The translations under genes were made by a program, and so were the position numbers. From Acidimicrobiales bacterium (lineage in GTDB: Bacteria > Actinomycetota > Acidimicrobiia > Acidimicrobiales > RAAP-2), in the NCBI GenBank assembly GCA_035551535.1, contig DASZNG010000162.1, positions 3,693-67,692 on the forward strand: DNA of 64,000 nucleotides, given 5' to 3'. This document shows, one piece after another, positions 8,748 through 18,416 of this stretch. The stretch's first letter is position 1. Each line of letters opens with the position of its first letter. The notes under the pieces were generated by a model. The model saw nothing but the letters and a program-made list of their open reading frames with translations, did no database searches and was not told the DNA's origin.

Positions 8748-9776
8748 TCAGAGCGGCCGCCGGCGAAGGGAGGGATCGGCGATGGCAGCAGGAACCCAAC
8801 CGATGTCGCCGGCGTTCAGGTTGGTTCCCGGGGGCACGATCTCGTCGATGCGGTCGAGAATGTCCCGACTCAGTCGCAACTCGAGGGCCGGGAGCTGCGA
8901 CTCCAGGTGCTCCATCGTCCGGGGGCCGATGATCGGCGCGGTGACGGCCGGGTGCTCGAGGACGAACCCCAACGACAGTTGGATCAAGCTGAGGCCGGCC
9001 TCCTCGGCCACCTCGTAGAGGGCGGTCACCGCGTCGAGCTTCTGAGCGTTCTCGGGCACCGTCATGTCGTAGCGGGCCGGCAGCATGGCCGAGCGCCGGC
9101 TGGTGTTGTCCTTCCCCTGGCCAAACGCACCCGAGAGCCAACCGCCGGCCAACGGGCTCCAGGACAACACCCCCATCCCGAACTGCTGACACCGGGGCAG
9201 CACATCCGCCTCGATACTGCGCACCAGGATCGAATAGGGCGGTTGCTCGGTGATGAACCGCTCCCGGCCCCGGCGTTCGGCCACCCATTGGGCCTCGACG
9301 ATGTCGTCGGCGGGAAACGTCGAGCTCCCGATGTACCGGACCTTGCCCGACCGGACCAGATCGGTGAGCGCACCGAGGGTCTCGTCGATATCGGTGTCGG
9401 GCGAGGGCCGATGGATCTGGTAGAGGTCGATGTAGTCGGTGCCCAGCCGGCGCAGGCTGTTCTCGCACTCGGCGATGATCCACCGGCGGGAATTCCCCTG
9501 GGCATTGGGATCCCGCCCCATGGCGCCATGCACCTTGGTGGCCAGCACGATCTTTTCGCGTTTGATCTGGGCCAGTGCCTTGCCGACGATCTCTTCGGAT
9601 TCGCCGGCAGAGTAGACGTCAGCGGTGTCAACGAAGTTGATGCCGGCGTCGAGGGCGCGGTGCATGATCCGGATCGACTCGTCATGGTCGGGGTTTCCCC
9701 AGGCCCCGAACATCATGGCTCCCAGGCAGAGTGGGCTGACTTTTACACCGGTACGACCGAGGGTACGAAGCTCCAT
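8748..9776 (-). CDS. Aldo/keto reductase
   Basis: 342 aa. MELRTLGRTGVKVSPLCLGAMMFG...GINFVDTADVYSAGESEEIVGKAL...YIDLYQIHRP are typical AKR blocks. Confidence 0.9.
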   Translation of the reverse strand: MELRTLGRTGVKVSPLCLGAMMFGAWGNPDHDESIRIMHRALDAGINFVDTADVYSAGESEEIVGKALAQIKREKIVLATKVHGAMGRDPNAQGNSRRWIIAECENSLRRLGTDYIDLYQIHRPSPDTDIDETLGALTDLVRSGKVRYIGSSTFPADDIVEAQWVAERRGRERFITEQPPYSILVRSIEADVLPRCQQFGMGVLSWSPLAGGWLSGAFGQGKDNTSRRSAMLPARYDMTVPENAQKLDAVTALYEVAEEAGLSLIQLSLGFVLEHPAVTAPIIGPRTMEHLESQLPALELRLSRDILDRIDEIVPPGTNLNAGDIGWVPAAIADPSLRRRPL

Positions 9777-9829
9777 GGGCAGATGGTAGCGGCGAAGGCC
9801 GCGGTCAGGAAGGCGGTCGGGAAGCTGGG

Positions 9830-10588
9830 TCAGCCGACCGCGGCCAGGTCCTCACCGGTCAGCCACTCGGCGAACCGCGGGCCGGCCAGCCGGGCTCCGG
9901 GACTGGGGAGCAGGTCGCCGCTCCTCATCGCCTTGCCGGCCGGGCCGGGGAGGCGGATGGGGACCACCACCATCCGACGCCCGAGACCGGCGGCGGTGGC
10001 TCGGGCCAGGTCGACGATGTCGGCCGGCTCGGGACCCGCGACCTCGATGATGGTGTCGGCGGGCGGGGCGGCGGCCGCCTCGACCAGCAGCTCGCCGACG
10101 GTGCGAGCGGCGATGGTCTGTACCCGCATCCGCGGCATCGGGGCGACGGGCCCCAGGCGCAGCCGCTTGAACACCTGGGCCGGGAACTCGTGGAACTGGG
10201 TGGCCCGCACGATGGTGGCCGGAAGCGGGCCCTCGAGGGTGGCGGCCTCCTGGGCCAGTTTCGCCTGGTAGTACCCGAAGGGGACCCGGTCGATGCCGAC
10301 GATGGACACGGTGACCAGCCGAGACACCCCCTGGGCGGCTCCGACCCGTTGCAGCCGGCGGCTCGACTCGGTGAAGATGGCGGTCGCCTTGGACCGGGTC
10401 ATGGATTGCGGGTTGAGGGCGTCGACGACGACGTCGACGCCCTCCAGCGCCGCCTCCAGCCCGTCCCCGGTCCGGACATCGACCCCGACCCTCCGGCTGA
10501 GCACCGCCACCTGATGCCCGGCCCGTTCGGCTGCCGACACCACGTACTTCCCGACGGTGCCGGTGCCCCCGGCGACGGCGATCCTCAT
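9830..10588 (-). CDS. NAD(P)H-binding NmrA/atypical-SDR family protein
   Basis: MRIAVAGGTGTVGKYVV Rossmann motif right after the ATG at 10588. The ORF-track start at 10618 adds 10 unlikely residues. Confidence 0.8.
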   Translation of the reverse strand: MRIAVAGGTGTVGKYVVSAAERAGHQVAVLSRRVGVDVRTGDGLEAALEGVDVVVDALNPQSMTRSKATAIFTESSRRLQRVGAAQGVSRLVTVSIVGIDRVPFGYYQAKLAQEAATLEGPLPATIVRATQFHEFPAQVFKRLRLGPVAPMPRMRVQTIAARTVGELLVEAAAAPPADTIIEVAGPEPADIVDLARATAAGLGRRMVVVPIRLPGPAGKAMRSGDLLPSPGARLAGPRFAEWLTGEDLAAVG

Positions 10589-10675
10589 GTCAGCCTCCCC
10601 CTGTCCAGATGCAGCCACGACGCTGGCCGGCCGTCACCCGGCCTAGCATCGCACGGCGACCGAGGAGGAATTCCG

Positions 10676-11149
10676 ATGACCGCTACGCCTGCATCCGAGC
10701 GCGATCCTGCCCTCCAGCTTCTCGACGGGTTTGTCGGCACCTGGAGCCTGGAGGCGTCGTTCCCCGGCGACCCACCGGTGACGATGGGCGGTGGCCGGAG
10801 TGTGTTCGAGTGGATGGACGGCGGACAGTTCCTCATCCAGCGCACCGACATCCCCGACCCCGATGCCCCGAACAGCCTGGCGGTCATCGGGCTCGACCCC
10901 GCCGCCGACGCCTATGTGCAGCATTATTTCGACGCCCGGGGAGTCGCCCGGTTGTACGCGATGACCTTCGGGCAGGGGGTCTGGACGCTGACCCGGGAGG
11001 CGGCGGACTTCTCGCCGTTCGATTTCCGGCAACGCTTCACTGGCTCGTTCAGCGCCGACGGCGACAGCATTCGAGGCGCCTGGGAGCTGGCGGAACCGGG
11101 TTCGGGCTGGAGCCACGACTTCGACCTCTCCTACACGCGGGTCGGGTAA
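10676..11149 (+). CDS. Hypothetical protein (DUF1579-like small beta-barrel suspected)
   Basis: ATG at 10676 is preceded by GAGGAGGA. Coding-like composition. The upstream part of the track ORF (from 10190) is antisense to the NmrA-like gene. The family assignment is only a recollection. Confidence 0.55.
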   Translation: MTATPASERDPALQLLDGFVGTWSLEASFPGDPPVTMGGGRSVFEWMDGGQFLIQRTDIPDPDAPNSLAVIGLDPAADAYVQHYFDARGVARLYAMTFGQGVWTLTREAADFSPFDFRQRFTGSFSADGDSIRGAWELAEPGSGWSHDFDLSYTRVG

Positions 11150-11364
11150 CCGGCCGACAAACGAGAACGGGGGCGTCGCCTGACTCGCGTAACCGGGTGG
11201 TAAAACCCTTCCGCCCTGCCCCGGCCGGTGCGACCGTAGTTCTACGAGCCGCATCCGGGGCCAACGCCGGAACTCGAGTCGGATGCCTCCCGCCCCGGCA
11301 TTTCGTACCGAACCGGGCACGGGCTACCGGTTCGTCCCCTAATTCGGCACCGGTCGGTCGGCGG

Positions 11365-11904
11365 TCATTCAGCCAAGAGGGCGGCGAGTTTGGTCACCGT
11401 GTTCCAGTTCCGCCCGGTGGTGGTCACCGACCAGAACTTCTCCGCGAACCCACCCACCGGGGGTGCGGCCAGAATGCCTTCCGGGCACCACTGGTAGATC
11501 ACCCGGTCACCGACCCGGATCTGATCGGGCGCCAACTCGACCGGGTCGTGTTCGGCCATCAGTTTCGGCTCCGGCGACCCGGAGAGAAACACCAACAGCA
11601 GCTTGGAGCCATCGGTGGCCACCTCGACCAGAGGATTGGCAGCGATGACCGCCTCGATCTCCTCCCGGCTCCGGACGATGCAGGAAACGTCCAGACCGAG
11701 CTGGTCCCGGATGGCAGCCTGGATCCTCCGGGCCAGCACCTCCGGCTTGGTCCGTCGGCAGCTGAACACCGCATTGCCGCTCTGCAGGAGGGTGGCGACA
11801 TCGGTGAACCCGAGTCCCGACAGCAGTTCGCGGAGGTCGGCCATCGCCACCCGCTTGTTGCCGCCCACATTGATCCCTCGAAGCAATACGGCGAATCCGG
11901 GCAC
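11365..11904 (-). CDS. DUF1697 domain-containing protein
   Basis: MPGFAVLLRGINVGGNKRVAMADLRELLSGLGFTDVATLLQSGNAVF matches the characteristic DUF1697 N-terminus. Confidence 0.8.
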   Translation of the reverse strand: MPGFAVLLRGINVGGNKRVAMADLRELLSGLGFTDVATLLQSGNAVFSCRRTKPEVLARRIQAAIRDQLGLDVSCIVRSREEIEAVIAANPLVEVATDGSKLLLVFLSGSPEPKLMAEHDPVELAPDQIRVGDRVIYQWCPEGILAAPPVGGFAEKFWSVTTTGRNWNTVTKLAALLAE

Positions 11905-12043
11905 GGCCCCGCTCCTTCGGCTCGATCCTCAACGTTATTCGCGGTGCTGTCGGCGCCCGATCCGGGCCGGACCCTCTCCCAGCTCGGGGCGAATGCTGAT
12001 AGGAACGGAGGGCGCGGTTGGCCGCCACTCCGCATACCCACCC

Positions 12044-12427
12044 ATGACCACCTCTGACTCCCGATCAGACCCGATCGATCGCCTCCGGCGGATCTGCCTC
12101 CGCTTTCCCGAAGCGACGGAGAAATCGTTCGGCGGCCATACCGCTCCCTCCTTCCGGGTGCGGGACAAGCTGTTCGTCATGACCAGCGAGGACGGCACCT
12201 CCATGACCTGCAAGGCGCCGCCGGGCGACCAGACCCTGCTGGTCGCCTCCGACCCGGATCGCTATTTCGTGCCCGCCTATGTCGGGGGCAAGGGGTGGAT
12301 CGGGATCCGGCTCGATCCGGGTCTCGATTGGGACGAGATCTCGGAAATTGCCGAAGAGAGCTACCGGATGACCGCCCCGAAGAAGCTGGCCGCCGAGTTG
12401 GACAACCGCCGGTCCGGGGCGCCGTAG
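12044..12427 (+). CDS. MmcQ/YjbR family DNA-binding protein
   Basis: In-frame ATG at 12044. Blocks ICLRFPEATEKSFGGHTAPSFRVRDKLFVM...YVGGKGWIGIRLD...EIAEESYRMTAPKKL fit the family pattern. The upstream part of the track ORF overlaps DUF1697 antisense. Confidence 0.7.
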   Translation: MTTSDSRSDPIDRLRRICLRFPEATEKSFGGHTAPSFRVRDKLFVMTSEDGTSMTCKAPPGDQTLLVASDPDRYFVPAYVGGKGWIGIRLDPGLDWDEISEIAEESYRMTAPKKLAAELDNRRSGAP

Positions 12428-12575
12428 CCCGCCGGACCCGCCACTCGGGCGGTTTAGCGCGTGGTTCGCCGGGTAGATAGTGGCAGTTCACAAGCCAAAT
12501 TCACGTTGCGCTGGACTTTACTCAATCTTTACCCGCCTCTCAGCTAACCCCCAGCCTGGAAAAGTATGAATAGGC

Positions 12576-15263
12576 ATGGCCCTCACCCTGACCCGACCGT
12601 CGGGTCACTCTCAGGACGCTCCCACGTTGCTCCATCAGGACGTCAGCGTGCCTGACCAACGCGCTGGCGGGCATCTGTGGCAGATCGACATCTTGCGGCT
12701 GTTGACCTTCGCGGCGGTGATCGGGGTGCACACCATCGGCAACACCGGGATCGCCCTCACCACCGGTGCCAACGGGACGCTGATGCTCCTGCAGTTCGGC
12801 CGGGAGGTCTTCTTCACCCTGACCGCCTTCGTCCTCGTCTACGCCGCCATCCGGCGCCCGGTCTCGGCCCGGCCGTTCTGGCGGAAGCGGTTCACCCTGG
12901 TGCTCATCCCCTACGTGACCTGGAGCGTGATCTACGAGGCGGTACGAAATCCCACCTCCCACGGGTGGTCGTGGACCCATTTCGGTTACGACCTGGTGAC
13001 CGGCACCGCTGAGTACCACCTCTATTTCCTGCTGGTGACCATGCAGCTGTACCTGGTGTTCCCCCTCTTGTGGAAGTTCGTGAAGCGAACCGCCGACCAT
13101 GCGGTGGCCGTGCTGGCGGCGGTGACGGCGGCCAACGTGGCCTGGTTGGCGGTTCTGCAGTACGTGCATTCCAGCTCCCCCACCATGACGTGGTTCTACA
13201 CCCGGGCCTACGAGCTGCTCCCCACCTATGCGATGTACGTGCTGGCGGGGGCGTACGCGGCGGTGCACTATGACCGCATCCAGGCCTTCGTCGCCCGGTA
13301 CCAGCGCCGGCTGCTGGTCATCGCCGGCGTGTCGGCGGCCGCGGCCGTCGGCGCCTACGTTGCCCAGCTCCGAATCATGGCGAACTACCAGGCGGCCAAC
13401 GTCCTCCAGCCGGCAATGGTCGCCTCCTGCCTGGCCGCGGTGATCGTGATCTACCTCATCGGTAACCGGTGGGCCTCGGGCCAGCGCCGGGGTATGCGGC
13501 TGGTGGCGGTCGGATCGGAGATCTCCTTCGGGGTCTACCTGGCCCACCCCCTCGTCCTCAAGCTCCTGACCGACCACGGGTTCGGTGGTGGGGAAACCTG
13601 GCTTCCCGGCCCCCTCATCGCCTTCCTTGCCTATCTCATCACCGCGGTGGGAGCGACGGTCATCGCCTACGCCGTCCGCCGCACGCCCTTCGCCCTCCCC
13701 TTGGGTGGCCGGCCACGCCAGCGCAAGCTGGCGACGACGCCCGCGGTGGCGGACGCCCCGGGCAGGGCAACAGTCGCCTCCCTCATCACCGCCGGGGCGG
13801 CCCGGGACGAGCACCGGGTGGTGTTCGTGGAGGGGGCCACCGGCCGGGTGCTCACCGCCGGGGACCTCGATCGCACCGCCACGGCCTGGCGGGCCGTGGC
13901 CGACTCGGTCGGCAACGCCCGGGTGGGGCTGGCCGTGGCCGACCCGCTCGACATGGTCAGCTCGTACCTGGGGGCGCTGGCCAGCGGGGTCACCATCGCT
14001 CCTCTCGACCCGGACGCCACCACCGCCGAGTACCGCTCCCGCTTCGCCGCCCTCGGCTTGTCCGCGTTGATCACCGACTGTCCGGAGGCCGCCGCCGCCT
14101 CCTCCGCTTCCGGAATTGACCTGTGGCGGACCGGACATCACGTCCCGGTGCGCCGGGTGACCCGCTACCAGGGCGAGCGACCGAGCGGCGGCCGGGCGGC
14201 ACTCATCATGGCCAGTTCGGGAACCACTGGCGCGGCCAAGACCATCCCGCTGACCGAGGCGAACCTCCTGGCCACCGCCCGCCAGGTTTCCATCCACCTC
14301 GGGCTCACCACCGAGGAGCGCGGCTACAGCCCACTGCCCCTCTTCCACATCAACGCCCTGGTGGTCGGCGTCCTCGCCTCGATCGTTTCCGGCGCCCAAC
14401 TGGTGGTCGACCGCCGTTTCTCGGCCCGAACCTACTGGGCAACGGTGGCGGAGCAGCATGTCACCTGGCTCAACGTGGTCCCGGGCATCGTCTCGATCCT
14501 CGCCGATCCGGGCACCCCGCCTCCCACCGCCGCCATGGATGGGGTCCGGCTGGCCCGCAGCGCATCGGCGCCCCTGGCCGTCATCACCCTCGAGCGGTTC
14601 GAGCAGCGCACCGGCATCCCGGTGGTCGAGACCTACGGGATGACCGAAGCCGCCAGCCAGATCACGGCCAACCCGATCGGCGCCCGCCGTCCGGGATCGG
14701 TCGGCCTCCCGGCCGGACTCTCGGTGCGGGTGACCGACGCCGAGGGCGAACCGGTGCCGACGGGTGCCGTCGGAATGGTGTCGATCGCCGGGGAGAGCGT
14801 GGTGGAGGAGTACTGGTCCACTGCCGACGGCGCCGCGCCTGCCCGCCCGGCCGTCGATGCCGACGGGTGGCTGGCCACCGGCGACCTCGGGCACTTCGAC
14901 GACGAGGGGTATCTCTACCTCGACGGCCGGGCCGACGACGTCATCAACCGCAGCGGCGAGAAGATCCATCCCCGGGAGATCGAGGAAGTCCTTCTCCGGG
15001 AGCCCGGGGTGATGGTCGCCAGCGTGGTCGGGCGCCCGCACCCGGTCTACGGCGAAGAGCCGGTCGCCTTCGTGGTCCCGGCCGGCGAGCTCGACGAAGC
15101 CTGGGATCTCCCGGCCCGGCTGGAGGCCCGTTGCGAGGAGTTCCTCGGCCGCCACAAGCAACCCGCCGAGTTCATCCTCATGGCCAGCCTGCCCGTCGGG
15201 CCGACCGGCAAGGTCCGCCGGGCCGACCTCCGGCGCCTTCCGCAGGAGGCGATCTCCACATGA
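12576..15263 (+). CDS. Fusion: acyltransferase-3 (AT3, multi-pass membrane O-acyltransferase) N-terminal domain + AMP-dependent synthetase/ligase C-terminal domain
   Basis: 895 aa. The first ~370 aa are polytopic and hydrophobic, with the AT3-type start (WQIDILRLLTFAAVIGVH). The remainder has adenylation motifs SSGTTGAAKTIPL, YGMTEA, GWLATGDLG, DRADDVINRSGEKIHPREIE, PTGKVRR. Preceded by an AT-rich putative promoter region. Confidence 0.8.
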   Translation: MALTLTRPSGHSQDAPTLLHQDVSVPDQRAGGHLWQIDILRLLTFAAVIGVHTIGNTGIALTTGANGTLMLLQFGREVFFTLTAFVLVYAAIRRPVSARPFWRKRFTLVLIPYVTWSVIYEAVRNPTSHGWSWTHFGYDLVTGTAEYHLYFLLVTMQLYLVFPLLWKFVKRTADHAVAVLAAVTAANVAWLAVLQYVHSSSPTMTWFYTRAYELLPTYAMYVLAGAYAAVHYDRIQAFVARYQRRLLVIAGVSAAAAVGAYVAQLRIMANYQAANVLQPAMVASCLAAVIVIYLIGNRWASGQRRGMRLVAVGSEISFGVYLAHPLVLKLLTDHGFGGGETWLPGPLIAFLAYLITAVGATVIAYAVRRTPFALPLGGRPRQRKLATTPAVADAPGRATVASLITAGAARDEHRVVFVEGATGRVLTAGDLDRTATAWRAVADSVGNARVGLAVADPLDMVSSYLGALASGVTIAPLDPDATTAEYRSRFAALGLSALITDCPEAAAASSASGIDLWRTGHHVPVRRVTRYQGERPSGGRAALIMASSGTTGAAKTIPLTEANLLATARQVSIHLGLTTEERGYSPLPLFHINALVVGVLASIVSGAQLVVDRRFSARTYWATVAEQHVTWLNVVPGIVSILADPGTPPPTAAMDGVRLARSASAPLAVITLERFEQRTGIPVVETYGMTEAASQITANPIGARRPGSVGLPAGLSVRVTDAEGEPVPTGAVGMVSIAGESVVEEYWSTADGAAPARPAVDADGWLATGDLGHFDDEGYLYLDGRADDVINRSGEKIHPREIEEVLLREPGVMVASVVGRPHPVYGEEPVAFVVPAGELDEAWDLPARLEARCEEFLGRHKQPAEFILMASLPVGPTGKVRRADLRRLPQEAIST

Positions 15264-15319
15264 CCGCCGCCTCCTACTCAGATTTCCCGTCCTCTTCACC
15301 CCGTACGAAAGGAACCACC

Positions 15320-16102
15320 ATGCCCCACGACCTGCTCAACCTGCCTTACCGCACGGTGAAGCCCCGCGACCACGGCCTCACCATGGTCATGGACACGGGT
15401 CTGCCCACCGCCTACTTCGAGGACGCCATGAACAGCGCCTCCACCCACATCGACGTGGTCAAGTTCGGGTGGGGCACCTCGCTGGTGACGGCCGACCTCG
15501 GGCGGAAGATCGCCTGCCTGCGCGACATTGGGATCCGCTTCTATTTCGGCGGGACCCTGTTCGAGAAGTTCGTCGTCCAGAACTCGTTCGCCGGCTACCT
15601 CAAGTGGTGCCATCAGTGGGGAGCGGACACCGTAGAGATATCCAACGGCACCATCGCTCTGACCAACCACGAGAAGGCCGCCTACATCCGGGAATGCGTG
15701 GGCAGCTTCCGGGTCTTCAGCGAGGTCGGTTTCAAGGACCCGGTGCGCAACCAGCTCCTTTCGTCCGAACAGTGGGTCGAGAGCATCGAAGAAGACCTCG
15801 GCGCCGGGGCCGAGATCGTCGTGACCGAGACTCGGGAGAGCGGGCGGAGCGGGCTCTGTACGGCGGACGGCGAACTCCGGGTCGACCTCCTCGAGCACAT
15901 CCTCTCCGGACCCGTCGATGTCGACCAGCTGCTGTTCGAAGCGCCCACCAAGGAACTCCAGGCGGAGTTCGTGCGGCGGGTGGGGACGAACGTCAACCTC
16001 GGCAACATCGCCGTCGCCGACGTGATCGGGGTGGAGACCCTCCGGCTGGGGCTGCGGGCCGACACGCTGCCGTTCTTCGAGTCTCAGGTCGTGCTGGCGT
16101 GA
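15320..16102 (+). CDS. comA: (2R)-phospho-3-sulfolactate synthase (ComA) family protein
   Basis: ATG at 15320 with GAAAGGAA upstream. Blocks VVKFGWGTS, FGGTLFE, VEISNGT, TETRESGRSG, LLFEAPTKELQAEF, VNLGNIA..VIGVETLRLGLRADT line up with the archaeal ComA sequence as I remember it. Confidence 0.85.
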   Translation: MPHDLLNLPYRTVKPRDHGLTMVMDTGLPTAYFEDAMNSASTHIDVVKFGWGTSLVTADLGRKIACLRDIGIRFYFGGTLFEKFVVQNSFAGYLKWCHQWGADTVEISNGTIALTNHEKAAYIRECVGSFRVFSEVGFKDPVRNQLLSSEQWVESIEEDLGAGAEIVVTETRESGRSGLCTADGELRVDLLEHILSGPVDVDQLLFEAPTKELQAEFVRRVGTNVNLGNIAVADVIGVETLRLGLRADTLPFFESQVVLA

Positions 16103-16113
16103 TCGCCTGATTC

Positions 16114-16515
16114 ATGCGTGATCCCGAAAGCGCATTCCATCTGGCCATCCCGGCCCGGGACCTCGACGAGACCCAGGCGTTCTATGTCAACCAGCTCGGG
16201 TGTCACCTGGCCCGCCGGTACGACGATCGGATCACCCTGGATTTCTTTGGCGACCAGGTGGTGTGCCACCTGTCGGACGCCTGGGACCGGGAGCCCCTCG
16301 ACCTCTACCCGCGACATTTCGGGGCGACCTTCCGGCACCGGGACGATTTCGAATCACTCCAGCGGCTCATCGAGACGCGGGGCATCCCCTTCGAGCGTCC
16401 CTGCCAGTCCCGCTTCGAGGGCCTGGCCGAGGAGCACCTGACCATGGTGATCCGTGACCCGTCCAACAACCTGATCGAGTTCAAGTGGTACCGCGACCCC
16501 CGGATGATCTATTGA
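16114..16515 (+). CDS. VOC (glyoxalase/bleomycin-resistance/dioxygenase fold) family protein
   Basis: 133 aa. FHLAIPARDLDETQAFYVNQLGC...HFGATF...IEFKWY is typical of the VOC beta-alpha-beta-beta-beta module. Confidence 0.7.
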   Translation: MRDPESAFHLAIPARDLDETQAFYVNQLGCHLARRYDDRITLDFFGDQVVCHLSDAWDREPLDLYPRHFGATFRHRDDFESLQRLIETRGIPFERPCQSRFEGLAEEHLTMVIRDPSNNLIEFKWYRDPRMIY

Positions 16516-17135
16516 CCGGAGCCGATGGCGTCCCCGGGCCGCGCTTGGTGCTGGCCCGGCACGGACGCACGGCCTGGAATGCCGAACGTCGGTTCCAGGG
16601 CCACTCCGATCCCCCGCTCGACTCGACCGGTCGGCACCAGGCCCTGGAGCTCGCCGCCGTCCTGGCCCCGCTCGGGCCCGAGCTGGTCGTGTCCAGCGAT
16701 CTCCTCCGCGCCCGGTCAACCGCCCAACGGGTGGTGGCCGCCTCAGGGGCCGCGTTCGAAGTCGACGCCGACCTGCGCGAGGTGTATCTGGGCGGGTGGG
16801 AAGGCCTCAACCGGCAAGAGGCGGCGGCCGCCTTCCCGGAGGAATTCCAGGCCTGGAACTCGGGGCGCCGGGTGCGGCGGGGCGGTGGCGAGACCGAGGA
16901 CGACGCCGGGAGGCGGGCGGCGGCGGCCATCGGAAAGGCAATGGGTGTTCAGCCGGGGCTGGTGGTGGTCGTGTCCCACGGACTGGTCCTGCAGTCCGCC
17001 ATGAGGTTCCTGGCCCTCGACGGGTGGATCCGGGACGGTGGCGATGCACTCCATCTGCCCAACGGGGAGTTCGTGGCTTTCTCCGGCGATGGCGATACGT
17101 GGTGTCCAGCGGAACGGCGCCCCGGCACCGTATAG
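16512..17135 (+). CDS. Histidine phosphatase (phosphoglycerate-mutase-like) family protein
   Basis: LVLARHGRTAWN (RHG catalytic motif), FQGHSDPPLDSTG, VVVSHGLVLQ. The start is uncertain: TTG at 16512 overlaps the upstream stop, and the track ORF begins at 16485. Confidence 0.75.
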   Translation: MTGADGVPGPRLVLARHGRTAWNAERRFQGHSDPPLDSTGRHQALELAAVLAPLGPELVVSSDLLRARSTAQRVVAASGAAFEVDADLREVYLGGWEGLNRQEAAAAFPEEFQAWNSGRRVRRGGGETEDDAGRRAAAAIGKAMGVQPGLVVVVSHGLVLQSAMRFLALDGWIRDGGDALHLPNGEFVAFSGDGDTWCPAERRPGTV

Positions 17136-17182
17136 TTCCCGGCGGACCGCCCAGGTCCGCAGCCTCGAGCGACGGAGCACGA

Positions 17183-18271
17183 ATGCGACCTATTTCGCGC
17201 CGGGACCGATCAGGCCGCCTGCGGCCCGGGTTCGCAGTCGGGTGCTGCCTGGTCGGCTGCGCGTCCTTGTTGACCCTGGTGTGGCCCGGGACGTCGGACG
17301 CCGCGGTGCCTACCCTCACCGGAATCCGCACCGCCGCCGCCGCCGCCCGGCTCCACGGGCCCGGCGCGACGGCGGCGTCGTTCGAGTCGGCCCCGACGCC
17401 GACGGTACCGGATCCAACCGATTCGTCGGGCGACCCGGATCGGGTTGCCCAGCCCGACCTGCCCGGCGCCGGACCGTCGGTCGGGGTCCCGGTCCCATCG
17501 GGATGGACCTCGACGGTGGAACAGGTGCAGTCGGGAGTCCTGTTGCGGGATTACGTGGTCGTCCGACCCACCGCCGGCGGCTCCGGGCCGCTCCCGGTGC
17601 TGGTCGTCCTCCACGGCCACGGCATGACACCGGCGGGGGTTGCCCGGTTGACCAATTTCCTCCCGACCGTCGGGCGGGCGGTGGTGGTCTACCCGGCCGG
17701 TTTCGGAAAGTCGTGGGATGCCGGAGGATGCTGCGGGCTGGCCCGGGCCGCCGGCGTCGACGACGTGTCGTTTCTGAGCACCGTCGTCCACGACGTGTTG
17801 GCCAGCGTGTCGGGTACGTCGGCGCAGAATGTCTACCTGGCCGGATTCAGCAACGGGGGAAGGATGGTCTATCGCATGGCCTGTGCCGATCCCGGTCTCT
17901 TCGCCGGCATCGCGGCGGTGGAGGCGGTGCCGGTGCCGGCCTGCACCCCGCCGCACCCAGTCTCGATCGCCATCGTGGCCTACCAGGGTGACCCGTATTT
18001 GAGCATCTCCCCCCAGGACCCCACTCTGGTGGTGCGCGGGATGGATGAACCCCGGGTCGACAACGTGGTCGCCGAGTGGCGCCAGGCTGACGGCTGCGTG
18101 GGGAACCCGACGGTGAAACAATCGGGGTCCGCGGTCATCAGCCTCTGGTCGAACTGCCAGAACCAGACCCGGGTCCAGTACGCGTTGTACGCCGGCGGTG
18201 GCCACCGCTGGCCCCAGGGCGACTCGGGCACACCCTCGGCCTCGGGGCTGATCTGGAGTTTCCTCCACTAG
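17183..18271 (+). CDS. Secreted PHB-depolymerase-family (LpqC-like) esterase, probable lipoprotein
   Basis: ATG at 17183. N-terminal basic region plus hydrophobic stretch with the lipobox-like LVGC. VLHGHGM, GFSNGGRMVY (GxSxG nucleophile elbow), GGGHRWP. Confidence 0.75.
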   Translation: MRPISRRDRSGRLRPGFAVGCCLVGCASLLTLVWPGTSDAAVPTLTGIRTAAAAARLHGPGATAASFESAPTPTVPDPTDSSGDPDRVAQPDLPGAGPSVGVPVPSGWTSTVEQVQSGVLLRDYVVVRPTAGGSGPLPVLVVLHGHGMTPAGVARLTNFLPTVGRAVVVYPAGFGKSWDAGGCCGLARAAGVDDVSFLSTVVHDVLASVSGTSAQNVYLAGFSNGGRMVYRMACADPGLFAGIAAVEAVPVPACTPPHPVSIAIVAYQGDPYLSISPQDPTLVVRGMDEPRVDNVVAEWRQADGCVGNPTVKQSGSAVISLWSNCQNQTRVQYALYAGGGHRWPQGDSGTPSASGLIWSFLH

Positions 18272-18416
18272 GCGCGGGCACCTGGCAGAGCGGCCGGGGG
18301 CGGGTCAACGGGTCGGCACGGCCCCGACGGCGATGGGTTCCGGCTGGTGTCCGAAGCGCCCGACAATCGGGGCCCCACGCACGTCGGGTCGGGGACGGTG
18401 GCGTAGATTGTGCGCA

